Shown here one piece after another: positions 43,108 through 57,449 of a stretch of DNA of 64,000 nt; the first letter of the stretch is position 1, and every line of letters begins with the position of its first letter. The notes under the pieces are model-generated. The model worked only from the letters and a program-made list of their open reading frames with translations, had not been told where the DNA came from and did not search any database. Origin of the DNA: the human T2T-CHM13v2.0 reference genome, Homo sapiens. The stretch lies in the NCBI RefSeq assembly GCF_009914755.1, contig NC_060931.1; one strand, 5' to 3'. The translations under genes and the position numbers were made by a program.

Positions 43108-43400
43108 GGCTGGGTGTGCTGACTCACGCCTGAAATCCCAGCACTTTGGGAGACCAAGCAGGCAGATCATGAGGTCAGGAGTTCAAGACCAACCTGACCA
43201 ATATAGTGAAACCCTGTCTCTACTAAAAATACAAAAATTAGCTAGGCATGGTGGTGCGTGCCTGTAACCCCAGCTACTCAGGAGGCTGAGGCAGGAGAAT
43301 CGCTTGAACTCAGGAGGCAGAGGTTGCTGTGAGCCAAGATAGTGCCACTGCACTCTAGCCTGGGCAACACAGCAAGACTCCACCTCAAAAACAAACAAAA
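43108..43400 (+). mobile_element. AluSg-like
   Basis: GATCATGAGGTCAGGAGTTC; TSD AAAAAAGTGAGCTGAA / AAAAGAGTGAACTGAA. Confidence 0.92.
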
Positions 43401-43911
43401 AAAAGAGTGAACTGAAACTAAGATGAGTAAAGACGTTTTTGAATGAATGTTTACATCAATATATCTGCAATAAGAAATTTCTGTAAGGTATGTTTTTTAA
43501 AAATGGGAAATGACCAGAGAAGGAGAACAGTTACAAGAAAGAATAACGAACTAAGAAACAAGTAAATTAAAATGTGTATTGTCTATATAAAATAATAGTA
43601 TAGTCTAATTTATAGAGATAAGGAAAAACAGATAAATAGTAGGAGAAATCAAAATTGAAAAAATCTAAGGACCTTGTATTGTTTGGTAGGGGATGAAGAC
43701 ACTGAATAACTTTAGAAAAAAGTTAAATATATACATAAGTGATACAATTTCCAAATATTTTTATTCAAAGGGAAAAGATGAAAAAGAAAAAAGGCAGTCA
43801 TGCCAAAAAAGTAAAATATAAAAAATTTGAAACTTAAGAAAAGACACATTCAAAATGCAAAATAAAAATGGTAGAAATGAATCCTTTGTGTCAGTTGTTA
43901 TAATCACTGTA

Positions 43912-43940
43912 TTAGGTTGGTGAAAAAGTAATTGTGATGT
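43912..43940. mobile_element. Extra MADE1 terminal repeat (half element)
   Basis: TA|TTAGGTTGGTGAAAAAGTAATTGTGATGT. Confidence 0.85.
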
Positions 43941-43988
43941 AGTATGCATAGAACAGGATTTTACATCATTATCCTATTATCCCTAATA

Positions 43989-44066
43989 TTGGGTTGGTGC
44001 AAAAGTAATTGCAATGTTTGCCATACTTTTATGGCAAAATGCGCAATTACTTTTGCACCAACCTAA
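43989..44066. mobile_element. MADE1 (Hsmar1-derived MITE), full length
   Basis: TA|TTGGGTTGGTGCAAAAGTAATTG...CAATTACTTTTGCACCAACCTAA|TA. Confidence 0.95.
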
Positions 44067-44364
44067 TAAATAGGCCAAATTTGACAGGTAGAAAACAGAG
44101 GTCATCAGGTGGGATAATGATGTAAAATCCTGCTCTGTGTATACGACCTGTATATAGATAATATAAAGATGCAGAAAGATACTCAATGATAAAATTATGT
44201 AGTAATTATCCAACTCCAGAGTATAGGACACTCTAAGAACAACTATTCACAAGTCTATGGTATGAAAATGGTGCTGGAAGTGAAGGAGAGAGATCAGTTC
44301 AAGAGTAAAATGTATGCCTTTTTGCCATTTGTATCTGTATTACATTATATAAGTTTTTTTAAAA

Positions 44365-44777
44365 ATTACACTATCCTGACCTAGTTTGGAGATCCCAACT
44401 AGAAGTCAGCCAGTTCCCTTCTTGAGCAGCTGAATAAGTCCTTACTCCTATCCGTTTTCCTTACCAGGTTCACACACTTTAGTCAGATACCAGACAATGA
44501 GAGACAGCCCCTATGTCCCAGATCTCACAAAATTATTCAACTTAGTCGATCCACAGGGAACAGAGAAACCTAGCTAACTCTGCTTGCCATACGTAAACTG
44601 CCTTTTATAGTTTTAGTTTACTGTTACTCTATCCAAAGTGCAACTCCCAAAGTGGGTCTGCCTGGCAGCCTTCTCTCATTTGGAGCTGTAAGTAACAGAA
44701 AAGTTTTGCCTTTCATCTATTCAAGTATTACCGTGTTATGGCTCTCCATCAAAAAGGTCTTTAAATCTTATAAAACA
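44365..44777 (+). mobile_element. MER54-like (ERVL) LTR
   Basis: ACCAGACAATGAGAGACAGCCCCTATG...AAATTATTCAA...TCTTTAAATCTTATAAAACA. Confidence 0.65.
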
Positions 44778-44786
44778 CATAACAAC

Positions 44787-45164
44787 TGTTTAAGTGTGTT
44801 TTGTGTTGTCATAACAGAACACCACAGACTGGGTAATTTATAAACAATAGAAACTCTGGAGGCTGTAAAGTCCAAGAACAAGGGGATCACATTTGCTGAA
44901 GGCCTTCTTGCTGTGCCATAACATGGCAAAAGGCATCACATGGTGAGAAAATGCACAAGTGGGCAAGAGGGGGCTGAATTTGCTTTTACAACAAACCTAC
45001 TCACACGATAACTAACCTACTCCTCTGATAATGACATTAATCCATTCATGAGGGCTCTACTCTCATAACCTCACACCTCTTAAAGGTGCCACCTCCCAAC
45101 ACTGTTGCATCAAGAGTTAAGTTTCCAACACATGAACTTGAGGGGTCATATTTAAAGCATATCT
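44787..45164 (-). mobile_element. MST (C/D-like) MaLR LTR
   Basis: ATAACAGAACACCACAGACTGGGTAATTTATAAA...; TSD ACAAC (44782-86 / 45165-69). Confidence 0.85.
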
Positions 45165-48078
45165 ACAACCCTAACCTTAAAGGTATGGGCATCCACATAA
45201 AGTAATTAATTCAACATGCATATTCAGGACTCCAAGTAGGAGGTGTTTTGTAGAATTTGGGAACAAAAGACCTTCATAATGAAAAAGCCTTAACATGATT
45301 GCTCTGGAGCAAACAAAGAAAATGTAGCCAGCTACTATTTGTAACTAGCTTTTTAACTTCTTAAAGAAAGCAATTATACCTTATTCCTCATGTATATGCC
45401 TAGCATAATATGAACTTAAAAACAAATACCAATCCCTTGAGTTCAGAAAATATTATAGATCTTTGTTTTTTAGATTGGACATTATGGGAGATACCTTTTA
45501 GTGTTTCATTATTTTTGTGTGAAGGATTTAGTCCTATCTAATTATATTAATTTAAGGTAGGCTTAATAGACCCTGAGGTCAAATAACATAGACAATAATT
45601 ATGTTGAGTTCAGATATAAATAGTATTTTGTCATTTTAAACTAAGCTGGCTACAACTAATGTTCTTTTTCCTCAGTCTCCAGCATCTGCTGAACTTACTC
45701 TGTAGGTTGTATTGTCCTTACATTTTGGCAGAAACATAAGAGGGAACATATTTTCCTTACTGCCCCTCACACCCTTTTACTGGAAGGTTCCACTACTTTA
45801 TTTGGACATTTTCCATTATACTTCTTATAGCATCCATATGCTAGCTTTTTGTGCCTATTAATGTTTTCTTTACTCTGGGCACCTTTCCAAACACACTACT
45901 TTGAAATATGGAACTTCTTATTTAGTTATATAGCCAATATCTAAAAAACCTCAACTAAGAAAAGATTTCCACCAGCATTTTCGAAGGTGCTGTTAAGATC
46001 CATCAATGCAGCCACTCAGTGAGTGTGGAAAAGAGTCTTATATCAGCTCAGGAAATCCACCCCATTAAAGCCTCTATCAAACAGAACATATCAGAAGGCA
46101 CAGCATACAAACCACTATAAGGAAAAACTGTAGCCAAATTCAGCAGCAACAGATGTAGAATAAATGCACTTATTGACTAACTTCCTTGTGAGGCTATATT
46201 TGTGTTTCTACTTATTGGGTGCAGATTATATTTTCCTGCCAACAGTAAATGCTGTTGATTTAATACATGTGACAGCTCTACACCACATTGTAGCCCCATG
46301 AATGCTGGGATGGAATAGAAACATAGACTTCTTTTTCTAAGATACAGAAGGTAACCCACAGAATACACAGATACTTTTGCTCAGGAGAGGCCCATGGCTA
46401 AGAGGAACTTGTATATTGTCTTTGAAAAAAAATACAGACATGAAGTAAAAATACATTTTGGATGGGGATAAGCAACGTTGCTTCTTTTCCAGATGTCTGC
46501 CTAATTTCCTTGCCAGAAATTTCAAAGATGTGTATAAAATTTTCCTTAAAAATATGCTTACCAATGTTCTGTGAAAGAAAAAGCAAGGCACGTAATGACT
46601 TCATCATCTCAGAATGAATCATAATGGACCAAATACTGCATCATTACTCAGAAAATATGAGTCCAGAGAAAGCAGAGATCAGGGCTCTGGCTACTGGCAG
46701 AGCCATGCTGGTTAGCATGAGCAGAGGCTTTTAATCCAATTGTAAATTTTCTCCTTTGTGATGATGAGATTCCATCTCCAGCATTTAGGAGGTAAACATT
46801 TTAAAGTAACTGGTAACATCACTCGAAAATCAAATCCCAGAGATGCTGGCTGGAAGCCAAAGAGTTACCCCCGATGTATAAGAAAGTGGTTGCAGCATAT
46901 AATTAGGTTAATGCTGGACTAGACTTGCTTTTGATGAGTTGGCAACTGTCATGACTGCCTTGCTTTAAGTGGGCTGGTGCCTGGAAGGAAACTATACCTA
47001 TGGGACTTAGCAAGAGACAAGCACCAGAAAGCAATTGAAAAGCTGAAATTCCACAACCTTTTAAATAATGGAATCACAGAACAGAAAGGTCATCTGTTCG
47101 GGTTCCTGACGTTACATGCGTTTTAAGTTTGAAAGATAAAATTTGATCCACGCTTCATTTATGTCTCCAAAAGGAGACTTCACCATCTTCTTTGGTAAAG
47201 GTTTTAAGGTATAATATATCAAAAACTTCTTCCATATGACTTTTCAAACTCTCTTTGTTGTAGTTAAGTCTCAGTACACTTTTTTCTCATAATATATTTT
47301 TACATACGCATATGTGATTCCTTCATATTAACTGTTCCAATATCTGTACTTTTTTATTAGTCACGTTCCACACTGTGAAACTGTTAATTTTTCAGTGGTT
47401 TAAAACTGATGATAATTCCATTAAAAAAAATTGATCCAATTCTGATTAACATGGAAAATGTTACACTCTGGTTCTTGGATTTTCTATTAAAGTCTGATTA
47501 CTTACAAAAATAGCATGTTTGTGGTTATCTGATACTTTGTTAATTGAAAGATACTATGAGGGACACTAAATACACAGTTTGCCCAATGCTAAATGGTTAA
47601 ATTACTTAAAATCAAATTTGGATGAAAGTGAGAATTAAAAATATCAATATATAGAATAAGTTTCTGGTATATAAGAAAAAAATGCTGATTTTATATAAAA
47701 CGAAACAAAATTATTATTCAATTTTATTTTGAAATATATAGAATTACATGTATATTTAAAGTTTTACACTTTACTGCAGGAGCAAAAACTTTTCAAAAAT
47801 GTTAACTGCTGTAATGTCCCTTAGTTATATAATAATACTAAAAATATGAAATACATCACTTTCCAACAGCACATTTAATAGAACAGATGATTTTTTTGTG
47901 CTCTGTGGAATATAATACAGGGAAATGTTTTTCAGTAACATGTCTTCCAGAAGGAATTTTTAAACCAAAGACTCAAGCTTGAGAAAAATCTCAAGAATAC
48001 ATTATGAAATTTGAAAATGATTGGCAAAGTATAGCATTCATTTTGAACAGTTTTTTATTTATAGAAAATGTTAGCCTC

Positions 48079-48351
48079 TCCTAAGCGAATTAATGCAGGA
48101 GCAGAAAACCAAATAATGCATGTTCTAACTTATAAGGGGGAGCTAAACAATGAGTACACATGGACATAAAGATGGAAACAATAGGCACTGTGGACTACTA
48201 GACGGGGGGAAGATGGGAAGGGATCACCCACTGGGTACTATGCTCACTACCTAAGTGATGGGTCATTTGTACCCCAGACCCCTGTGACACACAATTTACC
48301 CTTGTAACAAACCTGCACATGTACCCCTTGAACCTAAAATAAAAGTTGAGA
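48079..48351 (+). mobile_element. L1PA16-like 3' end, almost no A-tail
   Basis: Perfect TSD AAAATGTTAGCCTC (48065-78 / 48352-65). Confidence 0.9.
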
Positions 48352-48851
48352 AAAATGTTAGCCTCCATAGACAGAAAATTATGAGAAATTTTCCACTTGA
48401 ATTATTCTCGCAAGTACACGATTCTGAACTTCGATAAGAAAGAACAAAAATGTTGTGGGTACGTACTTTGTTCTTGCATTTTTTTCATTCCTTTAAACAT
48501 TGTATTATTAATCCTGTTGCAAACCAAGTTGACTTGTCAACAATTTTATGTATATCACTTTAGAATTTTTCCTCCTACTGGATTTTTATGTTTATGTTGA
48601 TATTTTTCTTCTAATTTATCATTAGGGATATAATTACCAGATAGTTTTAAAGGTGTTTTTTTTTCCTTGCAATGATCATGGCCTAAATGAAGTGAAATAA
48701 CAAAATATTAAGACTTAAAGAAAATTAAATACTGTGTAATGTTATAAATTTTAGAATTCAAAACAATTCTACAAAGATTAAAAGTACTAGATAGTTCATT
48801 TTTACAGTTTTGTTTTAATATTATTTATGTTATTATAAAAATCTCCCCCCA

Positions 48852-49371
<520 letters not shown>

Positions 49372-49379
49372 TAAGGGAG

Positions 49380-49550
49380 TCTCTCTCTCTTTCTCTCTCT
49401 CTCTCTCTCCCGCTCTCTGTCTCTCTCTCTATATATAAAATCCTTTTTAATGGTAATAAATAAATGATATAATTTAATATATAATTGTATATTTATATAT
49501 TATAATTTATATTTTATATATTATATAAATTATATGTTTATATTATTAAA
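49380..49550. repeat. (CT)n followed by AT-rich low-complexity tract
   Basis: Read directly from the sequence. Confidence 0.85.
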
Positions 49551-49914
49551 AGGATATACTTTTCTTAAAATTTCTGTGGCCAAGCTAATGTATTTTGTCT
49601 TTTAAACTTGTATGGTTTCTTATCTCTTTGAAACATATAATTTTATTTATGCATATGGTAATGTCTTTCACAATCATGATGCATTATTGTAGCATTTCGC
49701 ATGTTCAGCTATAAAGTATGCTCATATATGTGTATGTTCAGAAGAAAAACCTTGAAATAAGGTATTCTCAAATTCTAGCCACATTTAATGAATCATTCAG
49801 GAGCTATATGTCAGTCTCTACCAGGCACTTGTACGTGCTTTGATGTACAATTTTTTTTTTTAATGAAATAGTGTCCCTTCCTGGGTGTGTGTGTGTGTGT
49901 ATATTTCATCTTTC

Positions 49915-51488
49915 GCTTTTTAATTAAAATATAATTTAGTCATTTAAACAATACAATTCACTCATTTAAATTGTAAAATTCCTCAGATTTTAGTATATTC
50001 ACAGAGTTGTGCAATCATCACCACAATCAATTTTAGAACAATTCATTACTCCTAAAAGAAACTTGACGTGCATTAACAGAGTCTCCATTTCCTCTCAACC
50101 ATCTCAGCCCTAGGCTGCTGTATTTTCTGTTTCTATAGATTTGCCTATTCTAGACATTTCATATAAATGCGGTCATACAATATATGGTATTTTGTGAGTG
50201 ATTTATTTCACTAAGCATAATGCTTTCAGGGCTCTTCTATATTATAACATGCTTTAGTGCTTTACTCTTTTATCTTGCTGAATAATATTCCATTGTATGG
50301 AATATTGCATGTTATTTATTCAGTCATCAGTTGGTGGACACTTGCATTGTTTTCACTTTTTGGCTATTATGAGTAATGCTACTATTAATATAAATATTCA
50401 TGTCAAAGTTTTTGTGTGGACACCTGTTTTATTTCTCTTAGGTATATACCTAGAAAGGGAATTGGTGAGTCATAGGGAAACTCTATGTATAACATTTTGA
50501 ATAACTGCCAGATTGTTATTCACAGCAGCTGTACCCTTTTACATTCTCAGAGGCAATGTACAAGTGTTCCCATTTCTCCATACCCTCAAGACTTGCTATC
50601 ATATGTCTTTTTGCTTATAGCCATCATAGTGGGTTTTAAGTAGTATCTCATCTTTTTTTCTGTGTGTGTGTTTTCCTGATAACTGATGGCCAATCGTGTC
50701 GAGCATATTTTCATGTGCTTAATGGCCATTTATTTATCTTTTTTGGAGAAATGTCTAAATGTATCCTTTCTTCATTTTTAAATTTGGTTTTTGTCTTTTG
50801 GTTATTGTGCTATGTGAGGGCTTTTTTAAAATTTTGAATACAAGTCCCATATCAGATATATAATTTGTGAGTATTTTCTACCATTCTCTGGTTTTCTTTC
50901 CACTTTCTTGGTAAGATCACTTGAAGTACAATTTTTTAAAATTTTGAGAAAATACCTTCTATTATTTCTTATCCCTTGTGCTTTTAATGTCTTATGTAAG
51001 CAGGCTTTGCCTAATCCAAAGTCTCGAAAATTTATTCCTACATTTTTATTTAAGAGTTTTACAGTTTAATGCTTACATTTCAGTCTATGATTCATGTTGA
51101 GATAGTTTTGTGTATGGTATGATGAAGGCATTCAACCAATTGTTTTACATGTGGATGTCCAATGTCCCAATTCCATATTTTGAAAAGACTATTTTTCCCC
51201 ATTGAATTTTCTTGGCACTGTTGTTGAAAATCAATTGACCGTTAGTGTAGTTGTTTATTTCTAGACTCTAAAACAGATTTCATTGTTCTATATGTCTAGT
51301 CTTAGGCCAGTATCACACTGATTACTGTAGCTTTGTAGTAAGCTTTGAAATTAGGAAGTGTGAGTCTTACAACTTCACATCTCCTTTTCATAATTATTTG
51401 GCTCTTCTGGGTCCCTTGCAATTCCATGTGAATTTTAGAATCAACCTGCCAATTTCTAAAAAGAAGGCAGCTGGGATTCTGATATGAG
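49915..51488 (-). mobile_element. L1MB 3' portion
   Basis: TAGTATATTCACAGAGTTGTGCAATCATCACCACAATCAATTTTAGAAC; TAGATTTGCCTATTCTAGACATTTCATATAAATG. Confidence 0.85.
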
Positions 51489-51489
51489 T

Positions 51490-52479
51490 AGCTCACTCAC
51501 CCTGGGAGTGTCAAGAGGACACAACTTTCACTAAAACTTTGAGGAACAGATTTGTAAGGGCAGCCCCGGTATCCATGGAGAACTCTGTGGTCATTCTTCT
51601 CTGTAGGTCAGAAATTGTACTGGAATCTGCTGCCCTGAACTGGAAGTATTAAATGCAATGGGGATAATCAGATCCCATGGTGGCAGAGTCCAAGTGGTGT
51701 CACTTAATTGCAAAAGGAAGTGATTGTGCTTACTGTAAAGAACAGCAGAGTCAAAGCAGATCAGAATAGCCTGTCCCTGTAAGTGAAATAGATGAGCATT
51801 CTGTTAAATTCTCACTCGATCTTTATAGATAAAATAGTCCTAGGTCAAGTAAATAGAAGTCTAATTTCACTTATGAAAACATAGTTACAGCTTCTTGATC
51901 AATTCCCAGACTTGAGTCAGTTTACAGACCTGAAACTCTTTGAATGAAGGGGCAGTCAGGTCACCTTGAAGAAAAACCTGGATACACTGCCAAAAATCCA
52001 TACTGTTACTCTTTCATCGGTTTTCTGCCAAGGAACCTGTAGACTTTTACTAGGATGACTCTGCATTGGGAAAAGAAAATAATCAGCCTTTTGGTGTATT
52101 ATTGGACACTGGCTCAGATTAACACTAATTTTAGAAGACCCAAAACATTACTATGGTCCACTCACCAGTCTTACTAGGGGCTTGTGGAGGACCAGTGATC
52201 AAAGGAGTTTTAGCATAGGTCTGTCTCACAGTGGGTCCAGTGAGTCTGTAGATACATCCTCTAGTAATTTTTCAGTTCTGAAATGGATATTAGGAATATA
52301 CATACTCAGTAACTGGAAGAATCACCATATTTGTTTGCTGATCTGCAAAGTATGGGCTATTAAGGTGAGAAACTCCAAGTGGAAGCCACTAAAATTGCTG
52401 TACCTAGGAAAATAGTAAACCAAAAATAATACTGTATTCCTGGAGAAATTACAGAGATGAGTGCCATTATCAGACACTT
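51490..52479 (+). mobile_element. ERVL internal fragment (gag C-terminus, protease, start of RT), degenerate
   Basis: Aspartyl-protease motif LLDTGS encoded at 52099-52116; RT N-terminal-like IVNQK..IPGEITEMSAII at ~52412-52470; gag-like TTAAATGCAATGGGGATAATCAGATCCC. Confidence 0.8.
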
Positions 52480-52859
52480 GTCGGGTTTAAATAATATGTC
52501 CAGCCCTGTCACTGATAAGACTATTTATTAAGTCAATAGAAACATTACTCACAGTGCTTTTAATATAAGTAATATTAAAACCTATTTTATCGTTTCAAAG
52601 GAAAGGAGTGTCATCTTTCCATTTCCAGTGTCATAACATGTAGTTACAAAATACTAATCTGTATACACATTATATATGAAAAAATATGTTATCTTATATA
52701 CCTAGAGTACTAGAAAATGCTTAACTTCCACACGTCTCACTAGTATTCTTTGGCAAATATTTGTTGAATGCACATTCCTTTAAAAATCAAAACCATGGGA
52801 TTAGTTATCTCCTATATTAATTTCTTGTTGTCACCAGAGTAGAATACCAAACATTTGTA

Positions 52860-53065
52860 AATTTGTTGTTCACATCAAGCAATATCCATTTATTATCTCT
52901 CAATTTCACTGGGCCAGAAGTCTAGGCACCATGCAGCTTGGCTGCTTCTCTGTTCTGCATTGCAAAAGGAACACATCAAGTTGTGGGCAAGACTATTCTT
53001 TCATGGAGGATCTAGTGACAAATCCATTCCCAAACTAATTCAGGTTGTTGTCAGAATTCAGTTTG
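52860..53065 (-). mobile_element. MLT1 (D/E-like) fragment
   Basis: CCATTTATTATCTCTCAATTTC...TTCAGGTTGTTGTCAGAATTCAGTT. Confidence 0.6.
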
Positions 53066-53069
53066 AGTG

Positions 53070-53317
53070 GCATTATTTTACATTTTAGCAACTTTCTATA
53101 ATATCTGGCAGTAAAAAAGAGCAAGATTCTCCTGTCATCTTCTGTCACATTGCACAGAGAAGGGTGCCTCTAAAAAACTCCACTGTACACCTATGTATGA
53201 ATGAAGGTGAAAAGGCAAATGATGCATTAGTATTATTAATATATTTTTGACCTTATGAATCCACTGAATGGACTTGGGGTTCCCAAGGGGTCCACAGAAA
53301 ACACATTGAGACCCACT
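53070..53317 (+). mobile_element. MER119-like hAT-Charlie fragment
   Basis: AACTCCACTGTACAC...GAAAAGGCAAAT...TTAGTATTATT...TTTGACCT...GGGGTCCAC. Confidence 0.6.
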
Positions 53318-53774
53318 TTTCTAGTGGAAAAAGAGATAAAAAGATTATTTAGTGGAGTGACAAGTGAGGAAAAGGATCACACAAAGTGTTCACTTGTAAC
53401 TAAGTCTCTAGCTTATCATGCTATAGAGGGCATCATTCTCAACCTTAAGTTGTCCTTCCCAAGCCAGAGCATAAGAGGAAAGGACAACAATAAATTCCAA
53501 CATGTATTTTAATTTACTTTAGAATGAATTTAAGAAGAAGTAGTTGTGTGAGAAAATGTATCAAGATTTTCTATTTCCTTGATCTTTAACAAATTATTCT
53601 TGTATTTTTTTGACCTGTAGTTGGAGAGGCCAATGCTCTTAGGTTTTCAAACTATCATTTAGAACCAACTGCTCCTCACTAAAACTCATCATAGCAGGAG
53701 CTAGGTTTTCTACTAGCAGCTGGTTTAAGTTGCCACCTACCTTCTACTTATAATAAATTTTCAATAATTTTGTT

Positions 53775-54629
53775 TATTTGTTTTTCAACTTTTATTTTTA
53801 TTTCAGGAGTACACATGCAAGTTTGTTATATATTAGATTGGTCCAAAAGTAATTGCAGTCTTTGCCATTAAAAATAATGGAAAAATGACAATTACTTTTG
53901 GACCAACCTAATAGGTAAACTCATGTCAAGGGGGTTTGTTGTACAGATTATTTCATCACCCAGGTTCTAAGTCTAGTGCTCAACAGTATTGTTTTTTTGC
54001 TCCACCTTTTCCTCCCACCCTCAAGTAAGTGCCAGTGTCTGTTTCCGTGTGTTCTCATCATTTAGCTCCCACTTATAAGTGATGACGTGCAGTAATTTGT
54101 TTTCTGTTCCTGTGTTAGTTTGCTAAGGATAGTGGCCTCCAGTTCCATCCATGTTCCCACAAAAGACATAATCTCATTATTTTTATGGCTGCATAGTATT
54201 CCATGGTGTATATGCACTACATTTTCTTTATACAATCCATCACTGTTGGGCATTTAGGTGGATTCCGTGTCTTTGCTACTGTGAATAGTGCTGCAATGGA
54301 CACGTGCGCATGTGTCGCTGTATTAGAATGATTTCTAATCCTCTGATATATACCCAGTAGTGGGATTGCTGGATTGAATGGTAGTTCTGTTTTTAGGTCT
54401 TTGAGGAATTGCCACACTGCTTTTCACAATGATTGAACTAATTTATACTCCCAATAACAGTGTATAAGTGTTCCCTTTTCTCTGCAACCTGGCCAGTGTC
54501 TCTTATTTTTTGACATTTTAGTAATAGCCAATGTGACTGGTATGAGATGGTGTCTCATTGTAGTTTTGATATGCATTTTTCTAACAATCAGTGATATTGA
54601 GCTTTTATTCATATGCTTCTTGGCCACAT
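53775..54629 (-). mobile_element. L1PA13-15 3' end
   Basis: GGGGTTTGTTGTACAGATTATTTCATCACCCAGG; ORF2 C-terminal remnants. Confidence 0.88.
53833..53911. mobile_element. MADE1 nested in L1 3'UTR
   Basis: TA|TTAGATTGGTCCAAAAGTAATTG...CAATTACTTTTGGACCAACCTAA|TA. Confidence 0.95.
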
Positions 54630-54701
54630 GAGTAATTTATTTTAAAAAGCTTAAAGCCATTTCTCTTTTTCTCAACAAAAACAAAGGAAATACTGGGCAG
54701 C

Positions 54702-55076
54702 TGTATTAGTCCGTACTTATGCCGCTGTAAAGATCCTGCCTGAGACTGGGTAGCCTTTATGCAAAGGAATTTTAATTGACTGACAGTTCTGCAAGGCTGG
54801 GGAGGCCTCAGGAAACTTACAATCATGGCAAAAGGGGAAGCAGGCATCTTCTACACAATGTGGCAGGAGAAAGTCTGAGTGTGTAAAGGAGGAACTGACA
54901 AATACTTATAAAACCATCAGATCTTGTGAGAACTCACTCACTATCATGAGAATAGCATGGGGAAAACTGCCCCCATAATCCAATCCCCTCCACCAGGTCC
55001 CTCCCTTGACATATGGGGATTATAGGGATTACAATTAAAGATGAGATTTGGGTGGGGACACAGCCAAACCATGTCA
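54702..55076 (-). mobile_element. THE1D solo LTR
   Basis: TGTATTAGTCC...CAAACCATGTCA; perfect TSD GCAGC. Confidence 0.93.
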
Positions 55077-56837
55077 GCAGCTGAACATGATCTTTTAGTG
55101 GGTGTGTACTTAAAATAATTTTCTCCATGATTGCTGACAAACTGCTTTCTGGCCTCAACTCTTTTATTCAGAGTCCTGTTAGAGTATTTAGTTCCTGAAT
55201 ATGATTACCTTAATCCTGAGGGGAAAAATGAATAAATGAATGTAACGTTCATATACATTTCATTCATTGGAATGACATTTTTTCATTCACATTACTAGTT
55301 GTTAGGCCCTATAATTCACAATTTCTTTTATCTTCACCTATAACAAATGGCCCTGTGAATTATTTATTTACCCGATGTAATACCAGATTTCTCTACTTTA
55401 TTAGCTGGTTTATAAACCAGAAAATTAAGAGTTGTCTAGCATCCTTTGTGAATCATTTTAAAAAGTTGATGCTTTTAGAGCAGATGGGAAAAGAGCAACA
55501 GATTAGGAAATGTGCACAGAGATACAGCATGTGATGTTGGGCAAAATATGTTTCAAAAATAAAATCAGTTATGCTTTTGGTGTAATAATAAGCTCTTTCC
55601 CCATTTATTTTCATTGATTCATCAGTTATTTGGTTATTTATTAACAGCTCTTGATCTTGGATCCTGGGTCAGGCACTGGGCTGGGCACTGAGAATACATT
55701 TGTCAAAACACATACAGTCAGGCCTTGGTAAGTTCACCTTAATCAAGGGCATTTCAAGCTGGTAGCATGCAGCCTAAATCCAGCCTAGAGACATCCAAAA
55801 CAGTGTGCTTTCTTTTTGTTTTTGATTGTCTTATCACTTACAAAGTTTTATCACTGCCCATAAGCCACAGGTAACTGGCTTCTAAGCCATATTCTAGTTA
55901 GCGAAGCAAGCACACCACAGAAAAGGTAGTTTCCTTGAGATGCTTTCATTGTACTGGGGGAGGTAGGCAAACACAAAATTCGTTGGGAAAGGCACTGTAA
56001 TTTTGTGAGATCATTGTCAAGGGAGATGCTAAATCTTTGGTGGGAGAAAGAGTTGGAGAAGATTTTATAGAGGTACCATTTGAGCTAGAATTGTAGCATT
56101 TTTAAAAGGCACAAAAGCATCTTCCAGGCAAGGGCTGAGAAACACTGCAGATCATTGTATGTTTGGGAGAGTACCAATTATTATAATAAAAGTGGATTTT
56201 AGCCTGCACAGGAGGCTGAATAGTGGGAAGTGGCCAGATATAAAAGTGAGGGGACTATAGCTTGGAATAATGTCAGTGTATGCAAGGCTATGAAAAAGAT
56301 GCTAAGAAAAAATGTAAATAGAGGAGTGGTTTCAGATTTGGGCTTCAAGTCAAATCCATGGGTGATTAATATTATGCAATGTAGAAATCAACATCCTGAA
56401 TATTCCAATAACATTGAAAACTCTTCTACTCAGAGGAGAGACACATAAACAAAATATCGAGCTTGATTTGGTTATAAAGTGTATTAGTCCACAGCATTAA
56501 CTACCCAATACAATATGCCCATTGTCAATCATTAAGCATGAAGAAGGACTCAGCTATCTATGTTCAGTTTCAATATTACAACCTAACTGCTCATTTGTCT
56601 ACATAGCTTTTGCTTGAGCAGGAAACTCAGCTATTTAGATTCAGTATACTTTAAAATATTATCACCATTAGGCCTGACTCTGTATGTAGAATCTCCGAAT
56701 TCCCTTAATACAAATACTTTGCATTAAGCTATGTATGTAGTCTCCTACTAAAAGCATATATATGGCACAACGTAGAGATAACATAGTGATCTTATTAGAT
56801 AATATTTCCAGGATGTAGAATATTTTATAACATTATT

Positions 56838-57160
<323 letters not shown>

Positions 57161-57449
57161 ATAAAATTATTTAAGTAGTCATTTAGAAAGGCTTTGAGAG
57201 TTTGTGGCATTCTTTAGGGATAGATACACATTAAAAATTTGAAATTCAAAATGCATATACATTATTAAAAATTCAAACTAACACTGTTATTCATTTCCAC
57301 ATAAATTGTTTTTTATTAACCATAAAAATTTGTTATAAAGAAGCTTTCTTTAAATCAATTTTTAGCTATCAACAAAATGATACTCCAAGTTTGTTGCTGT
57401 TTGATAATCAAACTAATGGGTGGATATATTTCTGAAATGTTATATAATG

